Shown piece after piece: positions 21,498 to 31,290 of a DNA stretch of 64,000 bases. Where the stretch lies: positions 1-64,000 of the forward strand of contig CBDAOY010000009.1 in the NCBI GenBank assembly GCA_965198225.1, in the 5' to 3' direction. The DNA comes from Terriglobia bacterium (GTDB lineage: Bacteria > Acidobacteriota > Terriglobia > 20CM-2-55-15). Numbering within the stretch: position 1 is the stretch's first letter; the number at the start of each line of letters is the position of its first letter. A model generated the notes under the pieces. That model was not told the origin of the DNA and ran no database searches. It was given only the letters and a program-made list of their open reading frames with translations. The position numbers and the translations under genes were made by a program.

Positions 21498-22256
21498 CTA
21501 TCGTTTCTTGTGGCGCCACGCCCTGGGGTCAGAGGCTTCTGCATAACCCCACAATCCACGCTTTTCGCTCCGAGCCTCTCGTTCGACGGCTTTGTACTTG
21601 TTTCCGTATGCCGCGATAGCGTGTCCGTTTCGAACGAGCCATTTCCCAACGTCCTTGCCGTTGCAAGTCACGGTACCCACCACGCGGCCGTGCTTGTCGT
21701 ATCCCTCGACCATGACTCGAACTTTCTTGCCGCCAATCGCTTGAATTAATGCGCTCTTGACACGCTTTCCGTGGTTGAACCAGTACCCCGTCTGGTGTCT
21801 CGCTATCTGATCCCACTCGGGCGCGTCTAGACCAGCCATGCGTATGGTGTAACCGGATACCCTTAGCCCGTCGCCGTCGGTCACATATGCCCTGCCGACG
21901 ATCGTGCCCCCAAAGTGCCGACGCAGGCCCCTGAAAATCCAACGCCACACCCAGGGCGGCCTGGGCCATAGGCCTCTGAAAGCCCAGGGCCGCCTGCGCG
22001 AGAACCTGCGGCGAGGCCATCGGACTCTGAATCCGATGAACGCGATGACAACAAGAAAGAGTTCCGGCACGGAATGACTCAGCATATCGAAATATGCTCC
22101 CGGGATCGCCTCCCGGCCGTGCGTACCCGGAGCCGCCAGCGAGGAAACGGGCGAAACGGAAGAAGCCGCGGTTTCAGTGCGGCTCCGTGAAAGTCCCCGT
22201 CCAAGTCGAAGCGTTACTTCCCGTGGGGGTTGGGGTGGCCATAGAGAGACGGTCAA
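21498..22256 (-). CDS. thermonuclease (SNase-like) family protein; start uncertain
   Basis: VTDGDGL, IRMAGLDAPE, YDKHGRVVG, EARSEKRGLW. Confidence 0.85.
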   Translation of the reverse strand: MTVSLWPPQPPREVTLRLGRGLSRSRTETAASSVSPVSSLAAPGTHGREAIPGAYFDMLSHSVPELFLVVIAFIGFRVRWPRRRFSRRRPWAFRGLWPRPPWVWRWIFRGLRRHFGGTIVGRAYVTDGDGLRVSGYTIRMAGLDAPEWDQIARHQTGYWFNHGKRVKSALIQAIGGKKVRVMVEGYDKHGRVVGTVTCNGKDVGKWLVRNGHAIAAYGNKYKAVEREARSEKRGLWGYAEASDPRAWRHKKR

Positions 22257-22337
22257 CGCTCAAACCGCGCCAGCTCTGCTTTCGAGAGGATGTGCGGCGG
22301 CATTTATGCGGCGCGTTGCCGGCGGGCAGAGGACAAA

Positions 22338-22946
22338 TCAGACAAGAAGCGTGATCGCTTCGTAGACCGTGCTACGAGCGATCCTCAACTGCCGAGCGAT
22401 CTCCGCCTTCGAGAGCCCTTCGGTGAGGAGTCCCTTGACTGCCTGGAGCTTCTCCGGAGTCAGCCGGTAGCGCTGTCCCTTCTTTCGCCCGCCCCACGTC
22501 TCACCCCGAGCCTTTTTTGCGGCCAGGCCCGCACGGGTACGCTCCGAGATCAGGTTACTCTCATACTCGGCCATGCCGACCAGCATATGGCGGAATATCT
22601 TGGCTGAAGCACTGTCGCCCGTCAGATGCCCGTCTCGTACCGAGATGTAGTCGATCTTGCGCTCGTCCAGGTCCTCAAGGAAGACCAGTAGCTGGCGGGC
22701 GCGCCGACCCATCCGGTCGTTGCGCCAGACGACGACAGTTCCTACCTTGCCGGCGATGATGTCCCGTTCGAGCCGCCCAAGAGCTGGACGGTCCAGGGAG
22801 CGGCCGGTATGCCGATCTCGATACCAGACGACAGGGCGGTCAGCAGCGTGGGTCTGAAGCCAACTCTGGAGTTCGGGCTCCTGAGATCGGAGGTCTTGAC
22901 GGCTCGTGGATACCCGGAGGTAGACGGCGATGGCCCGAAGGTTCAC
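22338..22946 (-). CDS. serine resolvase
   Basis: YLRVST, VWRNDRMGR, AEYESNLISERT, HTH SKAEIARQLRIARSTVY. Confidence 0.92.
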   Translation of the reverse strand: MNLRAIAVYLRVSTSRQDLRSQEPELQSWLQTHAADRPVVWYRDRHTGRSLDRPALGRLERDIIAGKVGTVVVWRNDRMGRRARQLLVFLEDLDERKIDYISVRDGHLTGDSASAKIFRHMLVGMAEYESNLISERTRAGLAAKKARGETWGGRKKGQRYRLTPEKLQAVKGLLTEGLSKAEIARQLRIARSTVYEAITLLV

Positions 22947-23089
22947 CCGGCCATTATGTACGATTTCATCGGTCGATCAAATCGGGCACCCTGGGGCTCA
23001 CAGAAATCCCAAAGAATCAGGACACAGCCCAATCATTTCAACGAACCCTTCAAGTCGGACACTGCCTGATCGCTTCAGGTCCAGCAGCC

Positions 23090-23127
23090 CTTAGCGTTGG
23101 ATTTTGCACCGTTGCTATCGTAACCCC
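23090..23127 (-). mobile_element. orphan 38-bp Tn3-family terminal inverted repeat
   Basis: Reverse complement GGGGTTACGATAGCAACGGTGCAAAATCCAACGCTAAG; upstream of the resolvase gene. Confidence 0.75.
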
Positions 23128-23321
23128 TTCTCCGCGAGTTCCCCGAAGGAATGAAGGGACAATGCTTCGGAGGCCAAGTCGATCTGATCGCCAGCCCGAA
23201 GCCACGGCTGAATGAGATCAACAACGCGATCTGTTCCCGTGTTGGAAATAATCCTCACCGTCGCTTCTCAATCAATCGCTGGTGCAGTTCGCTAATGACA
23301 TGTCTACTTAAAAGATGTCTA

Positions 23322-24374
23322 TCAAACACTCTCCGTCCGGTTGATCGCCATTTCGGCTCTTTGAAGCTGTTCCATGATCCATCCGAATTCCGGTGCGTTA
23401 CCCAGGAGCATTCCGTGCATGGCCCGGTAGTCCCGTTTAATTACCCTTTGTAGTTCCGCCTGGGGCACGAATCTCACCGATCCTGGGATGGCCTCCTCGA
23501 ACCGCCTCCACGCCTGTCGGAACGCGATGAGGTTGTGGTTCCGAACCGCGTCCAGAAGGGCGACGTTGGACAAGGCAGCCCGGCCGAGGGCGGTTGCGGT
23601 AAGCATCGCGACGTCGTAGTAGTGGCGCGAGATCCGGTCTTTATCGGCCGGGAGGCGCTTCGCGTCTCGATATCCACAGTACGTTCCGTGTAGGATCAGG
23701 AGCTTCTCCCAATAGGTGCGCTCGGGCGCGATCACCCTGATGCCGTCAACAGCGAACGACCAGTCGGGTAGTTCGTCCGCGACATAGGGAGACACGGTGC
23801 AGCTCAAGCTCGGGGCAAGCGCCGACCTCGCTCCGGCCTCAATCCGCACTCGGGGCGCTACGTAGCCTACATCGCCACTTGGGTAGAGGGTGGGATACTC
23901 GACGAAGAGCGTCTGCCCGGAGACGTCACCCTCATCCAGACCGACTTGGCATCCCTCCACAATCTCGTCGATCTGCTTCGTCAGGGCGACTCGTAAGTCC
24001 CCGCGAATATAACCGCTGCATGCCGCCCTCAGTTCATCGAACAGGGCGGCACGTTTTTTGTTCGACAGCTGCCTTGCTACGGTCGGGTCACGGTCGTCTT
24101 CAAAACCAAGATCGTCACGAAAAACGACGAGGTCGATGTCCTCGGAGAACCGCGCGATGAGACCGAAGGCCTTGGACAGCGATGTCCCGCCCTTGAAGAG
24201 CAGTCTCGGATGCCCTTTGGGCACCCGGTTGTAGAGTGCGCCGAGGACGAGACAGACCCAAAAATCCTTCTCCACATAGCCAGGTAGCGTGTCGAGGCGG
24301 CTTGCCGCCTCCTGGAAGACATCCCGCCTGTCCTGCTCCGGGAGGAAGAGAAGGGAGTCGAAACCTCCATTCAT
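23322..24374 (-). CDS. AbiEii/AbiGii nucleotidyltransferase toxin (type IV TA)
   Basis: VEKDFWV, LFKGGTSLSK, RFSEDIDL, TYWEK, SRHYYD. Confidence 0.93.
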   Translation of the reverse strand: MNGGFDSLLFLPEQDRRDVFQEAASRLDTLPGYVEKDFWVCLVLGALYNRVPKGHPRLLFKGGTSLSKAFGLIARFSEDIDLVVFRDDLGFEDDRDPTVARQLSNKKRAALFDELRAACSGYIRGDLRVALTKQIDEIVEGCQVGLDEGDVSGQTLFVEYPTLYPSGDVGYVAPRVRIEAGARSALAPSLSCTVSPYVADELPDWSFAVDGIRVIAPERTYWEKLLILHGTYCGYRDAKRLPADKDRISRHYYDVAMLTATALGRAALSNVALLDAVRNHNLIAFRQAWRRFEEAIPGSVRFVPQAELQRVIKRDYRAMHGMLLGNAPEFGWIMEQLQRAEMAINRTESV

Positions 24375-24994
24375 ACAGCCACAGGCTGATCAGCCGTGAT
24401 GCTGCGCACGAGCGGCAGTACCCAGCCGGGCAGATCTCGGCCATTCTCAAAGAGGTCGATCTTCACATGGTTCGGGAGACGGCGACTCAACGTCGAAACG
24501 ACCTGCCTGTCTGCAGCCGCGGCGGGGCCGAGCCACCTCAGCGCTTGAACCACCGGAGCAGACGGTTTTCCCGCCCACTGCATGACGTTCGGCCCTGCAT
24601 GCCGGAACCGGATCGTTCGTCCATCGATCTTGAGCGTCCTTGACTGACCGTCCGTCACAAAGCTGACCTTCGCGGGGACCGCGTTCGTAAGACCCAACTG
24701 GTTCGCGGCCACCAGGCCGTCCGGCATGATCCGGATGCCGTCGCGCCTCACCAATGCAGCGACAGCAGCGTCCAGGTCGACAGGCGCGGGCCGCTTTAAC
24801 ACGTTACTGAACCTGGGCCTGTCGTAGAGGCCATGGCCGACCCGGCGTAGTTGGCCGACCTTGACGAGGCGCGACAGGGCTTGGTCAACGGCTTGGCGGC
24901 TCCCAAGGTCCAGGAAGTCCTTCGGTGTACACACCCATAGCCGGCTGGGTTGCTTGGACACTCTTTTCATGATCTTGGCGGCCATACTGTCCAT
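24371..24994 (-). CDS. AbiEi-type (DUF6088-like) antitoxin
   Basis: FLDLGSRQAVDQALSRL...RRVGHGLY..P; AANQLGLT; 4-nt overlap with toxin. Confidence 0.9.
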   Translation of the reverse strand: MDSMAAKIMKRVSKQPSRLWVCTPKDFLDLGSRQAVDQALSRLVKVGQLRRVGHGLYDRPRFSNVLKRPAPVDLDAAVAALVRRDGIRIMPDGLVAANQLGLTNAVPAKVSFVTDGQSRTLKIDGRTIRFRHAGPNVMQWAGKPSAPVVQALRWLGPAAAADRQVVSTLSRRLPNHVKIDLFENGRDLPGWVLPLVRSITADQPVAV

Positions 24995-25029
24995 TGGATC
25001 ACAGCCTCTTCCCCGAAACTGACTCTTAG

Positions 25030-25061
25030 GTGTCAGAAAGTATGCTATCTTTTTCTGACAC
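25030..25061. promoter_or_regulatory. inverted repeat, probable AbiEi operator
   Basis: GTGTCAGAAA-N12-TTTCTGACAC about 35 bp upstream of the antitoxin start. Confidence 0.65.
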
Positions 25062-25139
25062 TATCAATAACCCTTTTCAGATGATCAGCAACATGCCCAA
25101 TCCCGGTATCATCGCGAGCCATCAACGAACCTCCACTTC

Positions 25140-25358
25140 ATGGATGAACTGATTCGCACTGCAAGCAGCGAATTTGCCGCCTTTCTATCGATGCACCTTC
25201 CTTCCTTCGGCGATGGTTGGTGGAAAACCCATGTAGAGGACCGCCTGAGCTTCCAGCAGCAACGCACCGTTCAGCGGTGTGCGGCTTACGGCGCCGAGAC
25301 GCGCTACCAGATGTTCCAAGTCAATCGCCAGGCCACCTTCTACGAAAGCCAACTGTAG
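25140..25358 (+). pseudogene. internally deleted N-terminal remnant of a Swt1/HEPN-like domain SNF2 helicase
   Basis: FLSMHLP...WWKTHVEDRLSFQQQR joined to RYQMFQ...TFYESQL; recognised from memory of the family only. Confidence 0.45.
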
Positions 25359-25765
25359 CCTGCTGATTGCCGTGACTTATCCGAGGCCCGGTGCGATCTG
25401 GCTGAAGAAGCGGCAGGAGAAGTATCCGAAATTCGGTGACTGAATAGCGCACAACTACCGACAGCACTTACAATACGTTCACTGACTGTCCTGCTAGCCT
25501 GTGCATATCACACGCACCGGTACGCTGCTCACGTGCCCAGGAGAGTCGGTGTTGAGGCGAAAAAACATTGCCCTTATGGTCGGACCTTGATGTATGAGCG
25601 TCTCGTAGCAAAGGGGGAGGACGGATTTCATGGCCGTCGAATTACGGTTCTCGGAAGTTGCTGGGCTCATCAATCACAGCCGGACCACCCAAATCGATCT
25701 ATCGCCAGTGCCCTCAGTGGTCACTTCAAAACCGGCCAACGGGGATGGCCCGGGACGGTGTTGTT

Positions 25766-26521
25766 CTACCTCTTTGGGACTGGACTCGGCAAGCCCGTTT
25801 TAGTCCTCCAACTCCGAGGGCCGCATTTGAGGATGTGGCCGTGATGGAGCAGCCGGTCCAGCATGGCTGTGACGGCGGCGCTATCACCCAGTAGTTTTCC
25901 CCAGTCTTGGACGGGTCGATTCGATGTCAGTAACGTACTGGTCCGTTCATAGCGTCGCATCACGATCTCGAGGAGTTCCTCTGCTGCAGTGGGAGGAAGC
26001 TTCCGCATCCCCAGATCGTCGATGATCAGCAGCGGGACCGTCGCCAAAGCTTCCATGCACTCCTTTCGGGTACCGTCAATGGTGGCTTCGGCGATGTCGT
26101 CGAGAAGCGCATGAGTTTCACGGTAGACGACCCGATAGCCCTGCTCAATGGCAGCCAAGCCGATGGCCTGAGCCAGATGACTCTTGCCGGTGCCAGGAGG
26201 ACCGAGAAACAAGGCATCGTCGTGCCTGGAGATGAAGGCGCCCGTCGCCAGGTCGAAGACCAGACTACGATTCATCTTCTTGTTGAAAGTAAAGTCGAAG
26301 GAGTCGAGCGTCTTCTGGGGATCGCGGAACCGGGCCTGTTTCCGACGCCGTTCCAACAACCGGATGCTGCGACGGTCCAGTTCATCCGAGACCAGACGAG
26401 AGACCAAGTCGATCGGCGCCATGGCTTCGGTCTGGGCCTGGTGGAGGCGTGTTTCCAACACCTCGGCAATGCCGCCGAGCCGGAGTTGTCGGAGAGCCCG
26501 CTGGAGTTCGATCAGATTCAT
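25766..26521 (-). CDS. istB: IS21 ATP-binding helper protein
   Basis: GPPGTGKSHLA, LLIIDDLG, LTSNRP, AMLDRLLH. Confidence 0.95.
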   Translation of the reverse strand: MNLIELQRALRQLRLGGIAEVLETRLHQAQTEAMAPIDLVSRLVSDELDRRSIRLLERRRKQARFRDPQKTLDSFDFTFNKKMNRSLVFDLATGAFISRHDDALFLGPPGTGKSHLAQAIGLAAIEQGYRVVYRETHALLDDIAEATIDGTRKECMEALATVPLLIIDDLGMRKLPPTAAEELLEIVMRRYERTSTLLTSNRPVQDWGKLLGDSAAVTAMLDRLLHHGHILKCGPRSWRTKTGLPSPVPKR

Positions 26522-28158
26522 GAGTGTTCCTGCTCCTGGATTTTGAGGTTGATGAGATCGCGATACTGAGTCAGTTCGCGAATGAGAGGATCGACCTGAC
26601 GCAGGGCGAGTGGAGGTCGCCGCTCCAGATAGCGGCGGACGAAACGATACTCGTAGACGTGGAGTTCCAGTGCCGCAGCCGAAGCATCCTCCACGGCGGA
26701 GACACCGTACTTCTTGGCCAGGGAGAGCACACCCAGGATGCGGCGGACCGCAGCTTCCCCTTGTCGGCGGTGAATGGCGTCACAGAGTGTGCCGATGTGG
26801 GTGCCAGCGCGGCGGGCTCGGGCCAGCAGTTGCACCGTCGTTAACGGGGTTTTCTTCGGGTTGTCTTCAGCACGGACACGGTATCCACCCCGCTTCTGGC
26901 GGACATGCTCGCGGAGGAGTGGATAGGTGTTTGGGTCCAGGATCCGGACGTGAAGCGTGTCCCACTGGACCTTGACACCCCGTCCGATCCAGCCCGGCGG
27001 TACACTGTAATAGGCGGCTTCGACTTCGACGCAACCGTCGAGATGGACGACACGTTCACCGAATTGGTAATAGCGAAACGGTTCGATCGGCAGCGGCTTA
27101 AGAGATGGTTTCTCTTCGGCGAACATGGCCGCCACCTGCCGCTTGGTCGTGCCGTGGATGCGGGTGTCGGCCCATCGGACTTCCCAGCGATCCAGATACC
27201 CCTGGGCCTGGTCGAGGCTCTCGAAGCGCTGTCCCTTCAATGGGGTCTTCTGGGCGTGCCCGACACCGGATTCGACTTTGCCTTTGCGGTCTGGATCGCG
27301 CACCCGGCATGGCATGGCCACCACGCCGTAATGGGTCAGGACATCTCGAAACAACGGATTCAGGGTGGGGTCGTAATGGTCCGGGACGATCACGCCTTCG
27401 CGCAGGTTATCCAGCACGATGAGGCGGGGAGTGCCGCCGAGTCGGCGGAACGCGGTCTCGTGCAACTGGGCCCAGATGCGGGAACTGGACTTGAACGTCA
27501 GCAGCCGGACCGATTTGCGGCTGTAGCCCAACGTCATCACGAACAGCCGCGTCCGTCGGTACTTGCCCGTCTTCGGATCCCGGACCATCGGTCCGGTCCC
27601 GTAGTCGACCTGCGCTTCCTCTCCAGCTCCGGTCTGGATGATTCCGACCGCTTCCGGGGATCGCACTCCCCGGAGTTTGCGAACGAAACGCTTGACCGAT
27701 TCGTAGCTGCCGACAAAACCGTGATCCGTGACCAGGTCCTGCCAGATCGCCATCGCGTTGCGGCCACGCTCCAGCGCCTGTTGGATGGTCTCCCGGTACG
27801 GCTCGCAGGAACTGCCCGACGGTGGGCTTGGAGGGGGAGCCGACGACTCTGCCGAGACCGGATTCTCGGCCTCCGGGTCGGTGGTCACTTCGTTGGCCGG
27901 TTTTGAAGTATCGGAACCGCCAAACCCCTCAACGACACCATTTACGCCGTCCGGGTCGGTGGTCACCTCGTTGGCCGGTTTTGCCGGTCGCCGGCCCCAA
28001 CTCCCGGGCGGCCGAATGGGGATTCCGGCCGCTCTCAGATACGCACTGGCCGTCTCACGACGCACGCCGGTGGTCTGTTCGATCCGACGCAGCGGCCATC
28101 CAAGCCGCCCCAATGCAACAACTTGCTCTCTCTTTTCTGTGCTCAAGACATTGCTCAT
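26518..28158 (-). CDS. istA: IS21 transposase
   Basis: AQVDYG, LGYSR, VLDNLRE, KGKVESGV. Confidence 0.95.
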   Translation of the reverse strand: MSNVLSTEKREQVVALGRLGWPLRRIEQTTGVRRETASAYLRAAGIPIRPPGSWGRRPAKPANEVTTDPDGVNGVVEGFGGSDTSKPANEVTTDPEAENPVSAESSAPPPSPPSGSSCEPYRETIQQALERGRNAMAIWQDLVTDHGFVGSYESVKRFVRKLRGVRSPEAVGIIQTGAGEEAQVDYGTGPMVRDPKTGKYRRTRLFVMTLGYSRKSVRLLTFKSSSRIWAQLHETAFRRLGGTPRLIVLDNLREGVIVPDHYDPTLNPLFRDVLTHYGVVAMPCRVRDPDRKGKVESGVGHAQKTPLKGQRFESLDQAQGYLDRWEVRWADTRIHGTTKRQVAAMFAEEKPSLKPLPIEPFRYYQFGERVVHLDGCVEVEAAYYSVPPGWIGRGVKVQWDTLHVRILDPNTYPLLREHVRQKRGGYRVRAEDNPKKTPLTTVQLLARARRAGTHIGTLCDAIHRRQGEAAVRRILGVLSLAKKYGVSAVEDASAAALELHVYEYRFVRRYLERRPPLALRQVDPLIRELTQYRDLINLKIQEQEHS

Positions 28159-31100
28159 GCCGACGGAGCCTGTTTCGGCTTCCCGTCGGTGTCAATGTCC
28201 CGGGCTTATCTATGTTCGTTGGCCGGTTTTCAGGTGACCACCATTGGCCGGTTTTGGGTGACCGCCGAGGCCAGTGCTGGAGAATGATCATTGGGCTTCG
28301 TACAGAGGTCAGCATAGGATTCACACGGCGTCCTATCCCTTCACTGTTTTGTACCTGCGGGCTTCATGTACGAAGGACGCCTTGAAAGAAGCCGCTCACA
28401 AGGCGTATGTGCCGAGTACAACCCATGTGGTGTACGCACCGTCACTGCAGCGCCAGCACGATCTCTTGTTTAAGCTCTTTGGGAAGAGTCACTTGGGATT
28501 ATGGACGACGCGGGAATATCTAGCCTCGTTCATGAAGGACGAGTTGGACAGCTACATAAGCGTGCTGAGAACCATAGAACCCATGTTCTATGTCAATCCT
28601 CGTTTTAAAACACCCAGTGGTTTCACGAGAGTGCGGCCAAACCCCCTCTATTCGTTACTGACCGAAACCGATCCTGGATGTGGTCCTAGAGAAGGCATGC
28701 TTGGGATTCTCCTCGCAGAGGCAGGACAGGGAAAGACATACCTCAGCCAATATCTGGTGTCGCGATTGAGTAAATCTAAGACACTTGTCCCGATCTATAT
28801 CCACTCCGCGCAGTGGACGACAATACCCCCTGAAGACCTGGGATCTATCTGGAAGACGATCGCCCATTCCTTTAGGTACTTCGGTTCGCCAATCAGTTGG
28901 CTTGAAGGCCACGAAGACGAATTCGTGAGAGTGACGTTAAAGGCCGAACTGTTTCGAATCGTGTTTGACGGTTTCGACGAATATGTGCTCTGGAACAAGG
29001 GACGAGTCCAAGCCCTAGACACCCTGGCCACCCTTTCGAAATTGGTAACGGTCACCGGAGCACGAATTGTTGTCACGTCGCGAACCTCTTTTTGGGAGAG
29101 TAATGTCCGCGAGGAAGGTGCCGAAACGTTCATTTCGCCAACGAAGTCGCCTGTGTACACGATCCTGCCTTTTGACCAGCAGTACGCGCAGAACTATTTT
29201 GAAAACAGGTTCGGCGAGAAGGATTCAAGGACGGCGCGAGCCGTGTCGTTCTATGGCACGATCAAGAAGAGTGGTGACGAATTCGCTGGACGAGGATTCG
29301 TGTTGAATCTTCTTGCAGATTTAGCCGAACAAGATCAGGCGACAACATCGTCACCGATCGCACACGGTAACGGGCTTGACTGGGTAATGGCTGCGTTATG
29401 TGAGAGGGAGATCATTCGTCAGCAACTAGCCCTTACCGCTCAACAGCAAGTTCGTGCGTTTCAGGTGTTTGCGCTCGAAGTTGCGGTAGGAGCCGATCCG
29501 AACAGCGAGATGCTTGCGCTTGCTATTCATGAGGCTGCGCCTCAAATGGAAACTACGGAGATGCCCGACTGTTTGGAGAAGCTGAAATCTCACCCCTTGA
29601 TCGACTTTGACCAGAAGGCTGACCGCTGGAAGTGGAAGCAGGAGCAGATCCAAAACGTTCTTCTTGCCCAGTACTTAGTAGTTCTAGCCGGTGATCCCAG
29701 GACCACTCGTCGCGATCTCAGCCGCTTCTTTCAGACTGCGGCACGTGACAGTGGAACCGAGTCAGACTTAGCGGCCATGATAGTCGACGTTGTTCGGACA
29801 ACGGCCGGCGATGCTCAGACCGAAGAGTCAATACAAACACTGATCAGTGTGCTGCTCCCGTTGGACAGCGATGTTGCGGCTTCGTCACGGTGGCAGAATG
29901 ATGCGGGACGCCTTGCGGTGGCGATCGCAGTCGTCGCGGTAGATCGACTCCTCGTGAGCGGCAATCCCCATACGGCCCGAGCTTCACTGTTTGTGAAACT
30001 ATGCCAAGGGCCTGTTTTGAAGAACTTGCCGCTTTCAGGCACCCTGGCGAGGATGGATTTTTCAGGCATTACGTTCGATCGCTGTCACTTTGAACGGGTC
30101 ACATGGGCCAATTGTAAATTCGACAGTACGACGGTCTTTGACAGATGTCATTTTGTTGGCGGAAATTCCGTATACTGCCCCCAGTTCGGCGCAGCGCAGT
30201 TCAGAGATATCATCGCGGACCGCGAGGCCGAGGCCTTGATCGCTACTGCACAGGTGAACACTGGCCAACGTAACTACGCGAAGGCAGACCTTCGCAACGA
30301 CATCGTCGCTCTTGTTACGAAATTCATCACTCGAGGAGGGCTCGGGCTCAAAAGCATTGACGCAGCCAACTTGAAAAAGGGGACGGTGAGTCAGTCGCGG
30401 TACAGAGATGAGTTAATTGGTGCACTTCTTGGCTCTGTCATAGAGGCACACGAAATCTCAGGGTTTGGGGAAGGAGGCTATCACATCAAGCCGGAGGCGG
30501 AAGCCGCCGTTAAGTTTTTCGCGGCGAACAACAACTTCACCGGCCCTCTTAAGCAGGCGTTTGATAGGCTGTGCACGAAACTGAAGCTGGTGAAATGATT
30601 AAGCCAGACGGTCGGGTGTGACCGTCGCGTAGACCGCTCCTGGAGCGATGGCCGCGCCCTTCATAAGGAAAATCCTGCCCCCCCCCTAGCAGGTTCCACC
30701 GAAGCCGTCAAGAACTCCCGGCTTTCCCACATCTACACACAGGCGCGACGGTGATCTTCACTGCCTGGACCTATTAACCGAGGGGGTGGGCGAAATCGAA
30801 TGATCGAAAGCGTGTGCCACGTCAATCAAAATTCCTTCTCGGGAATTTTGATTGACGCTGATCAAAAGTGGGCCATTCCGGGTGGACAAAGCCATGTCAA
30901 CACGCTAGGTCGTTCTGACGGATCAACAAATCGGATGATCGAATGTCAGGAGGCAGGGAACGAAAGCGAGTGGAGACGCGGAGGTAAGCGACGGTTTTCA
31001 AGGAGGCGCCCAAGAAAAGGCGAAACGCGGCCTCTTTGCAGCATCGGACAGGCAATAGTATCCAGAACATTATGTAGTCAAATATCGTCTAGAAAAAAGT

Positions 31101-31290
31101 TCGTTACCGTCCCCCCCCTCCCTCCTCCTGGGATTAGATATCGAGGAGGAATGACGATGAGAGACCGGAAGAAGCCGGGCAAGCGAACTGCGAGAAAGTT
31201 ATCGGCTCTCAATCCGGCGCCGCGCCGTGAACTCGCCCACCAAGGGGCATCAGTAAACCGATGATTAGCAGCGTTACTGGAGGATCTGCG

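Larger units (their letters stand above)
25712..28270 (-). mobile_element. IS21-family IS
   Basis: Ends CCTC(A/G)G(T/C)GGTCAC..CAAAACCGGCCAA; 7-bp TSD CCAGTGC (25705-25711, 28271-28277). Confidence 0.95.
25630..30598 (+). pseudogene. NACHT/STAND NTPase with pentapeptide-like repeats, split by IS21
   Basis: Walker A LAEAGQGKT, Walker B IVFDGFDEY, IVVTSR; MDFSGITFDRCHFERVTWANCKF repeats; 5' codons at 25630-25711 rejoin in frame. Confidence 0.85.

Noticed and set aside
31055-31085. dif-like site (ATTATGTAGTCAAAT)
   Set aside because: The XerD-like arm needs a 3-nt gap and there is no convincing XerC arm
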